From Eledone cirrhosa (Eukaryota), in NCBI GenBank assembly GCA_964016885.1, contig CAXHJY010000973.1, forward strand, positions 372,001-436,000: a stretch of 64,000 nt of DNA. Reading direction: 5' to 3'. The notes below the pieces were generated by a model. The model was not told the DNA's origin. It did not search any database and worked only from the letters and a program-made list of their open reading frames with translations. Both the position numbers and the translations under genes were made by a program. This document shows, in pieces, positions 10,814-20,110 of this stretch. Every line of letters starts with the position of its first letter. The first letter of the stretch is position 1.

Positions 10814-10900
10814 GTTGTTTATAAATTATTTAGAAATATGTCAACAAAGTCGTGAGAAATAAACCATGAAAGTTTAAAACTTTGCGCCAGTTTATGAAGT
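10814..10900 (-). promoter_or_regulatory. NCAPH: Probable first exon / core promoter of NCAPH with an E2F/CDE-CHR-like element
   Basis: Consensus donor AAC|GTAAGTAA at 10813; locally CpG-rich non-repeat sequence; minus strand TGGCGCAAAGTTTTAAA at 10873-10889. The transcription start is not determined. Confidence 0.5.
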
Positions 10901-10985
10901 CTCGGTAGTTCTCGTCTTGCACGAGAACTGGACGAGATGTTGGTAATTGTTAATTTCGTTGACTGGGAGGTGCATTGATAGAGAG

Positions 10986-11155
10986 GGTGGCGGATTGGCA
11001 GTAATTGGTCGAGCGTCGGACACCATGCTTTGTGGCATAGAGTTACGTCACTTTAGGTTCTGAGTTCAAATCCCGCCGAGGTGAGCTTCGCCTGTCATCC
11101 TTCGGAGCCGATAAAATAAAGTACCAGTAATACACTAGGGTGAATTTCATCTACT
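10986..11155 (+). mobile_element. Octopus tRNA-derived SINE (OK/Meta-domain-like)
   Basis: GGTGGCGGATTGGCAG head, B-box GAGTTCAAATCCCGCC, then CC..TCATCCTT.GG..CGATAAAATAAAGTACCAG. Confidence 0.85.
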
Positions 11156-11257
11156 TTACGTAAATCAGAAACTATATTTATATACTATCACAGTTATATA
11201 AATAACATTATAAATTGCTGATAATTCTTTCAGAATGAAAATATAAACACATATAAT

Positions 11258-11447
11258 ATAATTATTTCTACTTTGGGCACAAGGCCAGCAATTAACCAGT
11301 ACATTACTGGTACTTTATTTTATCGACCCCGTAAGGATGAAAGGCAAAGTTAACCTCGGCGGGATTTGAACTCAGAATGGCAAGGGCCGTAACTCTATGC
11401 GTCAAAGCATGGCGTCCGACCCTCTACAGATACTGCCAATCCACCAA
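11258..11447 (-). mobile_element. Same SINE family, full length
   Basis: Reverse complement of the head, GAGTTCAAATCCCGCCGAGGTTAACTTTGCCTTTCATCC body and GGCCTTGTGCC..AGTAGAAA tail. Confidence 0.88.
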
Positions 11448-11491
11448 CTATTACTAGAAACCTCACAAATATAAACACATATAATACAATA

Positions 11492-11790
11492 CTACTTTCT
11501 CCAGCCGCAACCTGGTGCAGTCTGCGACTAACCCAGGTTCTGCTGCACGTCGGGGGGCTGAGGGGGCCAAACTCTTCAAATACCGGTCACTCTCTGACAT
11601 GTTTGCAGTTGTACCCTTGGCATTGGAGACTTCTGGTGTCCTAGACCCTAGGGCTACCTCCCTACTCACCACTATAGGTGCTGAGCTGGCCAGACGCAGG
11701 TGTAAGCCTCGCGAGCTGGAGTGGTTTTTCCAGCGCGTCTCCCTTGTTGTCCTCCGGGGGAACCCTCTTCTCCATTCTGTCCACCGCCGG
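11492..11790 (+). mobile_element. CRE-clade non-LTR retrotransposon C-terminal restriction-like endonuclease fragment (divergent family)
   Basis: TFSSRNLVQSATNPGSAA..AEGAKLFKYRSL..VPLALETSGVL..LLTTIG..PRELEWFFQRVSLVVLRGN matches the K..KY..P.A.ET.G..FQR.S....RGN signature. Confidence 0.85.
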
Positions 11791-11880
11791 GGGGGCTGTG
11801 GGGAGGCCACCAATAGGATTGACTCACTTGTCATGTTATCAGTCAGGTGTTCTAATGATTCTATATAAATGTATATGTTC

Positions 11881-11911
<31 letters not shown>

Positions 11912-11963
11912 AATTTTAGACCAGCATTAACGAAGCTTTAGTTCGCGGCCAAGCTAGCGAATG

Positions 11964-12000
<37 letters not shown>

Positions 12001-12049
12001 CGTATACATATATATAGAATTATTAGAACATATATATATATATATATAT

Positions 12050-12826
12050 ATATCATAAAATCACAAGATAAAATATATACCATTTCCTCTCCCAATTAGC
12101 ATAATTAACTATATAAAAAATCGAATAGACGAGGCTATAAGAATGAGGCTTCTATGAAGAAATCTCCGACAAATAATCGAAGCTAGCCCTTCGCGTCAGC
12201 CGCAACAGAATATTTATCGAATATTTCGACAGCGTAATCGCCCAGATACAGTCAACTAAACAGAATTAGGTGTAAAATAAACTAGGAGAAAATAGAATAC
12301 ATTTAAATACCTCTACCATGGTTTCATCCGTATTTTGAGTTTTCCAATAATTATGTAATAATTATATAAACTCGAGCACCGGATTCATCAGGAAGTTCGC
12401 TCTTATCTAGACACTAAATTTTCCAAAGTGATCGCACCAAGAATTCATTCAAAATGGCTAAAAATCGTGACGTAGTCGCGGTCAGGTTGGAAGGGGTGTG
12501 GTAGTTGCTTACGACTGGTGGCATTTTTGCTAGAAAGCACAGCACAATACAGCCAATTTTGTATCTCAACCTAATGGGAGATTATTACATATAAAAGTTT
12601 ACATATATATATATATATACATACATATACATATACGTGTTTTGCAACAGGTCACTTTGTGGTTCAATGATAAATTAATAAATTAAACAATCAGAGCTAT
12701 ATATCATAAAACATGTCTATAGAATCACAAGATAAAATATATACCATTTCCTCTCCCAATTAGCATAATTAACTATATAAAAAATCGAATAGACGAGGCA
12801 ATAAGAATGAGGCTTCTATGAAGAAA

Positions 12827-12830
<4 letters not shown>
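12050..12830 (-). mobile_element. Penelope-like/retrozyme-like unit with ~110-bp direct repeats, bounded by (TA)n
   Basis: 12058-12166 is repeated at 12723-12830; contains a hammerhead motif. Confidence 0.6.
12309..12396 (-). ncRNA. Minimal type I hammerhead ribozyme motif
   Basis: Minus strand: acttc-CUGAUGA-auccg..long AU-rich stem II..cggau-GAAA-ccaugg(palindrome)-UA-gaggu; canonical core with a GUA cleavage triplet. Confidence 0.8.
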
Positions 12831-12858
<28 letters not shown>

Positions 12859-13068
12859 TTCGTTTCTGAATTTGTTTAGCAAGATTCTTTATCTGAAAAC
12901 GTGTGTTGAAACCGATATTGTTATACTTTGGGAGGGTCATGTTGCCAATAAGAAACACACGCACCAGTTGCTTTCACTTCAATTTATTATAATAAATTTA
13001 TAAATTTAGGAATTAATAAATTTCCGGTTGGTTGGTTGGTTCCACAACCAGATGATTGTTTATATATT

Positions 13069-13111
13069 GTCAAAGTTCTTTCGTCGCACATTCTGTGACC
13101 TCTTCAGTGAC
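13069..13111 (-). ncRNA. Minimal hammerhead ribozyme motif (left arm)
   Basis: Mirror copy of 13708-13750. Confidence 0.6.
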
Positions 13112-13707
13112 TGGGGATTCTTTTCTTTGTTTTTGTGCCTCTCCTTTGTTCTGTCCTACGGCATCTTGTTTTTGTGTGTGTTGTGTGCTTAGTTTGCGCA
13201 TGTGTTACATCCGGGTGTCTGTGTGTGTTTATATTTGTTTATTTACATGTTACTGGTTGGTTGTTTGTTCTATGTGCGTGTGTGTTTTCATTTTGTCCTT
13301 AATTGTAAATTGTGATGTTGCTGTTCCATTCATGTTTTTTATTTAATTTGGGTTGGAGTTCATTTATGTTTATTGCCTCTGTGATTTGTCTAATTTGTCT
13401 AAAGACGCAATGTTTAGACAAATTACAGAGGCAATAAACATAAATGAACTCCAACCCAAATTAAATAGAAAACATGAATGGAACAGCAACATCACAATTT
13501 ACAATTAAGGACAAAATGAAAACACACACACACATAGAACAAACAACCAACCAGTAACATGTAAATAAACAAATAAATAAACAAATATAAACACACACAG
13601 ACACCCGGATGTAACACATGCGCAAACTAAGCACACAACACACACAAAAACAAGATGCCGTAGGACAGAACAAAGGAGAGACACAAAAACAAAGAAAAGA
13701 ATCCCCA

Positions 13708-13750
13708 GTCACTGAAGAGGTCACAGAATGTGCGACGAAAGAACTTTGAC
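13708..13750 (+). ncRNA. Minimal hammerhead ribozyme motif (right arm)
   Basis: guca-CUGAAGAG-guc-acagaaugugc-gac-GAAA-g-aa-c-UU-ugac. It has an extra core nucleotide and a tiny stem III, as in Penelope-type minimal hammerheads. Confidence 0.6.
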
Positions 13751-13989
13751 AATATATAAACAATCATCTGGTTGTGGAACCAACCAACCAACCGGAAATT
13801 TATAAATTCCTAAATTTATAAATTTATTATAATAAATTGAAGTGAAAGTAACTGGTGCGTGTGTTTCTTATTGGCAACATGACCCTCCCAAAGTATAACA
13901 ATATATATATATATATATGCCCCACCTCTATGTCACTGTCTGTTTAGAATAACAGGTACTACAAATAGATATGTTGTTACTCTATCTAT

Positions 13990-14385
13990 ATTGTTATACC
14001 AACACATATAATATAATGAACTATTGCTAGGAACCTCACAAATATAATACACCAAAACATATGACCAGAGCGAGAGAAAAACTAACGAAAGACCCATCAA
14101 TTCAGCAGCAAGTGTGACAATCACACATCACATTACAAAGGTTAACGGAATATTTTGAGGCAAGACAACACACTAATAGCATTACCACGGATGATGGTGA
14201 GGCTAAGGTGTTGAAACAACCCAGCACCCTCACGGGCATCACCTGATACCTCGATAAGACAGGGTGATAGCGTGGCTAAGTCATTGCAATAACCAAGCAC
14301 TCTCACCGGGAGCATCACCTTACACCTTAGTATTGCCGGGTGATAGCGATGCTAAGTCGCTGGAACAACCAAGCACCTTCACATG
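13990..14385 (-). mobile_element. CRE-clade LINE 3' end with three internal 73-76-bp tandem repeats and 3' UTR
   Basis: Repeats encode EGAWLFQ.LSLAIT; terminal RGNAISVLSC; same unit as 19150-19450. Confidence 0.75.
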
Positions 14386-14630
14386 CACACCCGGATAAGC
14401 AATAAATCTGAAACTCATTTGTGTTAGTATATATTGTTTCCATTTGAAGGCCGCTGAACATGCTAGAAATAGCAGCCAAATCATGCTCTATTACGAGTCC
14501 CGCAAACTACTTTCCTATGGTCCGCAGCAGAAACATGTTTGTTAAATTAAATTAAATTTTAAAAGGAAAATTTGTTCCCCTAAATTTTGTACACATTCAC
14601 ACATCCCCCTTACTATTACAAACATTATTT

Positions 14631-14765
14631 TACGGCCCTTGCCATTCTGAGTACAAATCCCGCCGAGGTTAACTTTGCCTTTCATCCTTACGGGGTCGAT
14701 AAAATAAAGTACCAGTAATACACTGGGTATTTGCTGGCCTTGTGCCAATAGTAGAAACAATTATT
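14631..14765 (+). mobile_element. 5'-truncated SINE (OK/Meta-like)
   Basis: Body and tail nearly identical to 11258-11447. Confidence 0.85.
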
Positions 14766-14811
14766 TTTAGTGACTAAATAGATAACAGCCTATCAGCTAT
14801 ATTGTAGATTA

Positions 14812-15392
14812 AGTAGAATAACTTAACAAATATGTTTTAAATATATACATAAATAACATTACAAATGCTTAGATAACATGTGGATAGACAGTATCGGTAG
14901 AGGGTTGGGCGCCATGCTTTGAAGCATAGAGTTACCTCCCTTTATGATCTGAGTTCAAATCCCGCTGAGGTTAACTTTGCCTTTCATCCTTACGGGGTCG
15001 ATAAAGTACCAGTAATGTACTGGGATAATTGCTGGCCTGGTGCCAAAAGTAGAAACAATTATAAATTGCTCGCGATTCTTTCAGAAGGATATATTCCTTT
15101 AATGTTACAATATTAAAGAAAATGTAAAGGAAGGGGTGAACACCAGAGCAAAAGACAGCAGCCATGAGTACTGGGCAACCTCTCTAATGATTTCTGAAGC
15201 AAACCAGCACACTCGCAGCGTTGCCTCGGGTGATGGCGAGGCTGATGCGCTGGAACAACCAACCGCCCTCGCGAGATTCGCCAGTTACCTCTATTAGGCG
15301 AGCTGCCAGTGAAGAGAGGAACCTCGCAGTCAGCGGCCCAACTTCCCCAAACGTCTCGAAAGCTACAGGCTGAAAAATTATAGATTAACATT
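14812..15392 (-). mobile_element. CRE-clade LINE 3' end (ORF stop at 15184) with AT-rich downstream region interrupted by a SINE
   Basis: FQPVAFETFGEVGPLTARFLSSLAARLIEVTGESREGGWLFQRISLAITRGNAASVLVCFRNH*, read in a different frame from the ORF-track call. Confidence 0.9.
14880..15062 (+). mobile_element. SINE (OK/Meta-like) inserted downstream of the CRE ORF end
   Basis: Full head, body and tail; the empty site is present in the paralogue at ~17450. Confidence 0.88.
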
Positions 15393-15639
15393 ATAATCTC
15401 ACTTTTGGTTTGCTGTGTTTCTCCCCTAGGATATAACGGTCCTTTTGAGTCCTTGAATTTGAGAGCCCTCTGTAAACTGTAGGCCCCATTTCAAACTGTT
15501 AATTACTTAACTTAGTAATCAGAGCTAAATACATATGATTTATTTATGGTTATATACATATAGATGTAGTGTACATGTATTTAAAGAATGGTATGATCCT
15601 GTAACTATGGTGGTGTCGTAGGGGTGCCGTATTACGGTG

Positions 15640-15860
15640 TTTCTAGGCTATTATCAAACCTAGTGGAGCCCGTCTCCTCTCCACGTCTCAATACAGCAGT
15701 TTTCTTCCAGAGAAGAAGAGAAAGAATGACCCTTGTGATGTGTGGCCGATTGTCACATTTGTCATCACCATCTTTTTTTCTTTCTCTCGCTCTGGTCATA
15801 TATTTTGTTATGTTATATATTTAAAGTTCCTAGCAATAATTGTATTTATTATATGTGTTC
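15640..15860 (+). mobile_element. Possible further CRE relic
   Basis: 15733-15860 is similar to the reverse complement of 14000-14130 (TTTCTCTCGCTCTGGTCATAT..GTTCCTAGCAATA); upstream ..AVFFQR. Confidence 0.45.
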
Positions 15861-15961
15861 ATATCATTTTATAAGAATTGTGAACTATTTGTAATGTTAT
15901 TCATACAACTCTGAATAAAAACATGACAGAGAAAGTGAGAAAGAAATACAGAGTAGGAATA

Positions 15962-16047
15962 GACCCAGTACTTGACTGGTTCTTTATTTTATCGACCTCT
16001 ATCTATGAAAGGCAAAGTTGACCTGGACGGGGTTTCAAGTTGGAGAG
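15962..16047 (-). mobile_element. Old SINE fragment
   Basis: TTTATTTTATCGACC..ATGAAAGGCAAAGTTGACCT motif. Confidence 0.7.
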
Positions 16048-16074
16048 CAGAGACTAACACCACAAAATATTAAT

Positions 16075-16172
16075 ACTAATGAAAATTATTGTGTAGTGCT
16101 TAGGTGCACTACAACTCATCAAAGGTGCATGTATAGTACATAGAATAAGGTACAAATGTCAGGAAAGTGAAC
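16075..16172 (-). mobile_element. CR1 3' UTR fragment
   Basis: Reverse complement of 75-170. Confidence 0.85.
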
Positions 16173-16447
16173 TGTTAATAGTAAAAAAATAGGTTATATA
16201 GAAGTATGTGTATGTATGTGTGTGTATTCTTTCTCCACCCAACTCTTTTTATCCCAATAACTTATTTTATTGCATCGCCCTAGCCTGAGGTATATGGTCT
16301 GTAATGTGAAGAAATACCTATGATGGCTAGTAGACCACTGATGACAGATAGTCCTGGCTTCCATTTCTAATTCTTCATTTTTATATATATCCTATTTGCA
16401 ACAACACAGCTCGCCATTTTTCATTTATATACATATATATATATATA

Positions 16448-16916
16448 AATATTAATTCAAAATATTAACAAAATAGATATTCTTGTGATCAAGTTTATTT
16501 CATTATACATATTTCAGAGGTACTGAGTTAACTTCAACAGTACGTCCTCAACTTCCTGTTGAAGTTAACTCAGTACCTCTGAAATATATATAATAAAATA
16601 TACTTGATCACAAGAATATCTATTTTGTTAATATTTTGAATTAATATTAATAACTCCGGAAAACCATACTATTGAGTGCTTCCAATCTATTGTAAAACTC
16701 ATTCTTTGATTTATTCATTGAACCTTGTTTAATCTTTAAATATATATATATACTGTATATATATGACTGAATCTTAACCATCTACTATGTCAGGCATCAT
16801 CTTATTTTATCTGATGAGGAAGTACTGTTGAAGTTAACTCAGTACCTCTGAAATATGTATAATAAAATATACTTGATCACAAGAATATCTATTTTGTTAA
16901 TATTTTGAATTAATAT
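16448..16916. mobile_element. Third Penelope-like unit: inverted pair (16448-16540 / 16557-16648) plus a tandem copy (~16803-16916), bounded by (TA)n
   Basis: Three copies of CTGTTGAAGTTAACTCAGTACCTCTGAAATAT..CTTGATCACAAGAATATCTATTTTGTTAATATTTTGAATTAATAT. Confidence 0.7.
16803..16869 (+). ncRNA. Minimal type I hammerhead ribozyme motif
   Basis: uauuuuau-CUGAUGA-ggaaguacug-loop-caguaccucu-GAAA-uaugua-UA-auaaaaua; 8-bp stem I and a near-palindromic stem III (tatata in the sister copy). Confidence 0.75.
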
Positions 16917-17384
16917 ATATGTGTGCGTGTGTGTGTTATACAAAATATACACAATAATTGAAAGTGTCTTTTAAAAACAGGATAAACTACATTGAAGGAA
17001 AAGTACTGTTGAAATATTTATTCAATGAATTTGATTCTTCCAGTAAGTTTTCTGTTTTATTCGAAAGAAAGGAGTCCATCATAAAATCAAACTAAGGAAA
17101 CAATGTTTCCATTGGTCTTCTTTTGCCAATACCAGCTGATAGTCAAACATCTGGTAGAAACATCACTTGCTGATGCTATTTCAACCCAGAATGCACAGAT
17201 TTGAAACAGATTCTGCAAAGTATCCCCTGACACTTTAACAATTCCATCAATTCACCCTAACCCTCGACTAATAACTTGATTTATTGATACCAGAAAAAAA
17301 CAAAATGAAAGGAAACATTGACCTTTTTCTAAAAAACAAAACAATACTGGGTTTTTATTATACAAAGTATATAAATAAATTTAC

Positions 17385-17828
17385 AGTAGAATAACATAAC
17401 AAATATGTTTTAAATATATACATAAATAACATTACACATGCTTAGATAACATTATAAATTGCCCGCGATTCTTTCAGAAAGATATATTCCTTTAATGCTG
17501 CAATATTAAAGAAAATGTAAAGGAAGGGGTGAACAACGGAGCCAACACCAGAGCAAAAGACAGCAACGAGGGATGTCGGGCAACCTCTCTAATGATTTCT
17601 GAGGCAAGCCAGCACCCTGGCAGTGTTACCTCGGGTGATATATAGCCGGGCAACTTCTCTAATGATTTCTGAGGCAAGCCAGCACACTGGAGCTGTTACC
17701 TCGGGTGATATATAGCCGGGCAACCTCTCTAATGATTTCTGAGGCAAGCCAGCACACTGGCAGTGTTACCTCGGGTGATGGCGAGGCTGAGGCGCTGGAA
17801 CAACCAAGTGCCCTCGCGAGATAACCAG
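17385..17828 (-). mobile_element. CRE-clade LINE 3' end, paralogue of 14812-15392, with a 70-bp terminal segment in three tandem copies
   Basis: GGGCAAC.TCTCTAATGATTTCTGAGGCAAGCCAGCAC starts at 17578, 17648 and 17718; encodes REGTWLFQRLSLAITRGNTASVLACLRNH*. Confidence 0.88.
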
Positions 17829-18359
17829 AACATATTATGAAGCATTTAATTCAATGCTCTAATAAAACAGTGGAGGTGCGTGGCCTAGTGTTAAGTGTAT
17901 TGCACCTCAGACATTCTAATTCTGACAATTCACCGCCAAGTTACAGAATCAAAGAACTGAAAGTTTGTTGAATATGACTCCCCGAGTACAGGGGAGGCAA
18001 CTCTGCAAACTTCGTTATTTTAATTATTTTGTTACAATAGCGAGTTATAAAATCTTTTCAAAAGACACTCTTCATTTAAAATTACCTTTATAATTGCTGA
18101 TGAGAATTAATAAAATATATAATTTATTCACGTTTATAATAACATATATAATGATACAATGCTTACAGGAAAGTCATAAAATCACTTATATCAACACAAG
18201 TGGATAAGTTCCTTCAGAATGAAAATATAAACAGAGCATATAAAATATATATATATTTCCCTACATAAATTACAACATAATTTAGACATTAGACATTTCT
18301 AGGTTTTAAAACAAGCAAATATGTCACTTAATTGAGCAGAGGTAATGAATTTATCAGTA

Positions 18360-18483
18360 GGCAGCGAATTGGCAACGTCGTATAGTATGCTTTGCCGTAT
18401 TTGTTCCAGCTCTCTGAGTTCAAATCCCACTGAGGTCGATAAAAAAAAACGAAGTACCAGTCTAGTACAGGGGTCGAGTCATC
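18360..18483 (+). mobile_element. Internally deleted SINE
   Basis: GGCAGCGAATTGGCA head, GAGTTCAAATCCCACTGAGGTCGATAAA..AAGTACCAG. Confidence 0.75.
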
Positions 18484-18683
18484 TTCTATATCTTTTTCTC
18501 GCATCCTTTCTATCTCTCTCCTTCTCTGGAAGAAATAAGACCTGAACAGATGGGTTTCACCAGGTTTTAAAATGTCCCTGAAACAGCGTGTCACTGTACT
18601 ACCCCTACGACAGTCGACTTGGAATAGTATAAGCAGTGTTATTCTCAGTAATATAATATTGCTAGTTTGATGAAACTTATACC

Positions 18684-18898
18684 TGTTGTTAGCTGTCAGG
18701 ACACGGCATCCTTCAAAACTTCTATGCTTCTCGAAATTTGCCAACACTACACGTGATATCCCCCCCATGCACGCATGTGTGTGTCTATCATGACTCATAC
18801 ACTGTTGACTTTCCTGACATTTGTACATTATTCTATGTACCATTCATGCGCCTTTGATGAGTTGTAGTGCACCTGAGCACTGTACACAATTCTTTTCA
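18684..18898 (+). mobile_element. 5'-truncated CR1 copy with a single, unamplified partial monomer
   Basis: TGTTGTTAGCTGTCAGGACACGGCATCCTTCAAAACTTCTATGCTTCTCGAAATTTGCCAACACTACAC followed by the 3' UTR. Confidence 0.88.
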
Positions 18899-19094
18899 TA
18901 CCAGTAACTTTTATTTCGTATTAGTTTGAAATTACAAACACAAATGCCATAGCTATCAAAATTCAACACATATATATATCTTTATTACTTAATTACATAA
19001 ATATTTCACAATAAAATATAGAATCAAAACGAAAGAAAATATTAAGCCAACACTTAGTAATGTGTGTCAATTTGTTGTACACTACAAGGAGTAC

Positions 19095-19835
19095 TGGAGA
19101 CTCCCTCTAATACTTGGAGGCAAGCCAACACACTAGTAGCATTACAGCGAGTGATGGCGAGACTAAGTCACTGGAACAACCAAGTACCCTCACCAAGGGG
19201 CACCACCTGACACCTCAGTAAGGCCGGATGATAGCGTGGCTAAATCACTGGAACAAGCAAGCACCCTCACCAGGAACATTACCTGACACTTCAGTAAGGC
19301 CGAGTGATAGCGTGGCTAAGTCACTGGAACAACCAAGTACCCTCACCAATAGCATTAGCTGACACTTCAGTAAGGCTGGGTGATAGCGAGGCTAAGTCAC
19401 TGGAACAACCAAGCGCCCTCACCAGGAGCATTACCTGATACCTTGGTAAGCTGCCATCGATGACAAGAACTCCATTGTCAGCAGCCCTGCTTCTCCAAAT
19501 GTCTTGGATGCCACAGACTGAAAAACAAAATAGTTTGTCAATAATTGCTGGTATTTTAGAATTTTATTCTGTCCAGCTACAGATACAGTGACCCTCACAT
19601 TTACTGCAGCATCCAGGATGTGGGAGGGAGTAAAGGAGTCACTGACTGTACTCTCCCAAATGAGACATCAACCTCTTACCCAGGGGTCAAAGAGTAAGAC
19701 CATCTGATCTCTTCCCATCAACCCTGGACAATCCAGCTGACCCCAGAATTTAGGGGATATTTACCTGAGCCAGGGCTTGCTTAATAATTAAGTTTAGCTA
19801 ATATGGCGAATGAAACGACCAGCAAGACCAACCAT
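19095..19835 (-). mobile_element. CRE-clade LINE remnant, restriction-like endonuclease domain, with four 76-77-bp tandem repeats at the C-terminus
   Basis: AGRFIRH..LNLIIKQALAQVNIP*IL..GLSRVDGKRSDGLTL..PWVRG*CLIWESTVSDSF..KYQQL..FQSVASKTFG; CTGGAACAA at 19171, 19248, 19324 and 19400. Confidence 0.9.
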
Positions 19836-19942
19836 GGAGACCTGTAGATAAACAAGTGAATATTGAACAAATGTTTGTTACTTACAGTCACTTCTTTTAT
19901 TGTTCTGTTTATTAATCGGTACTATTAGCATATATACACCTA

Positions 19943-20110
19943 GGATGGTGGATTGGCAGGATTGGTAGAGCGTTGGACAATATGCTTTGGCATAGAGTTA
20001 CAACCCTTTGCGTTCTGAGTTCAAATCCTGCAAAGGTTAACTTTGCCTTTCATCCTTACGGGATTGATAAAATAAAGTACCAGTAATGTACTGGAGTCAT
20101 ATATATCATT
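19943..20110 (+). mobile_element. SINE (OK/Meta-like)
   Basis: Head GGTGGATTGGCAG, B-box, and CTTTGCCTTTCATCC..GATAAAATAAAGTACCAG. Confidence 0.85.

Larger units (their letters stand above)
12858..13904. mobile_element. Penelope-like element remnant: ~490-bp arms (12915-13403 / 13413-13904) in inverted orientation with a 9-nt spacer
   Basis: The arms are near-exact reverse complements (hence mirror ORFs 13056+ and 13461-). Each carries a hammerhead motif. The left arm continues into a truncated ORF start MTLPKYNNIGFNTRFQIKNL; (TA)n lies on both sides. Confidence 0.75.

Noticed and set aside
4361-12943. 15-bp match TTGGGAGGGTCATGT between the UTR exon and the palindrome arm
   Set aside because: The match does not extend, and one such match is plausible by chance in ~22 kb of sequence.
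13056-13763. Two near-identical Cys/Val-rich ORFs suggesting a duplicated membrane peptide gene
   Set aside because: They are mirror translations of GT-rich palindrome arms.
1990-18110. Other CTGATGA words (about 1993, 6667, 16338, 18097) as hammerheads
   Set aside because: No stem II followed by GAAA and no stem I complementarity.
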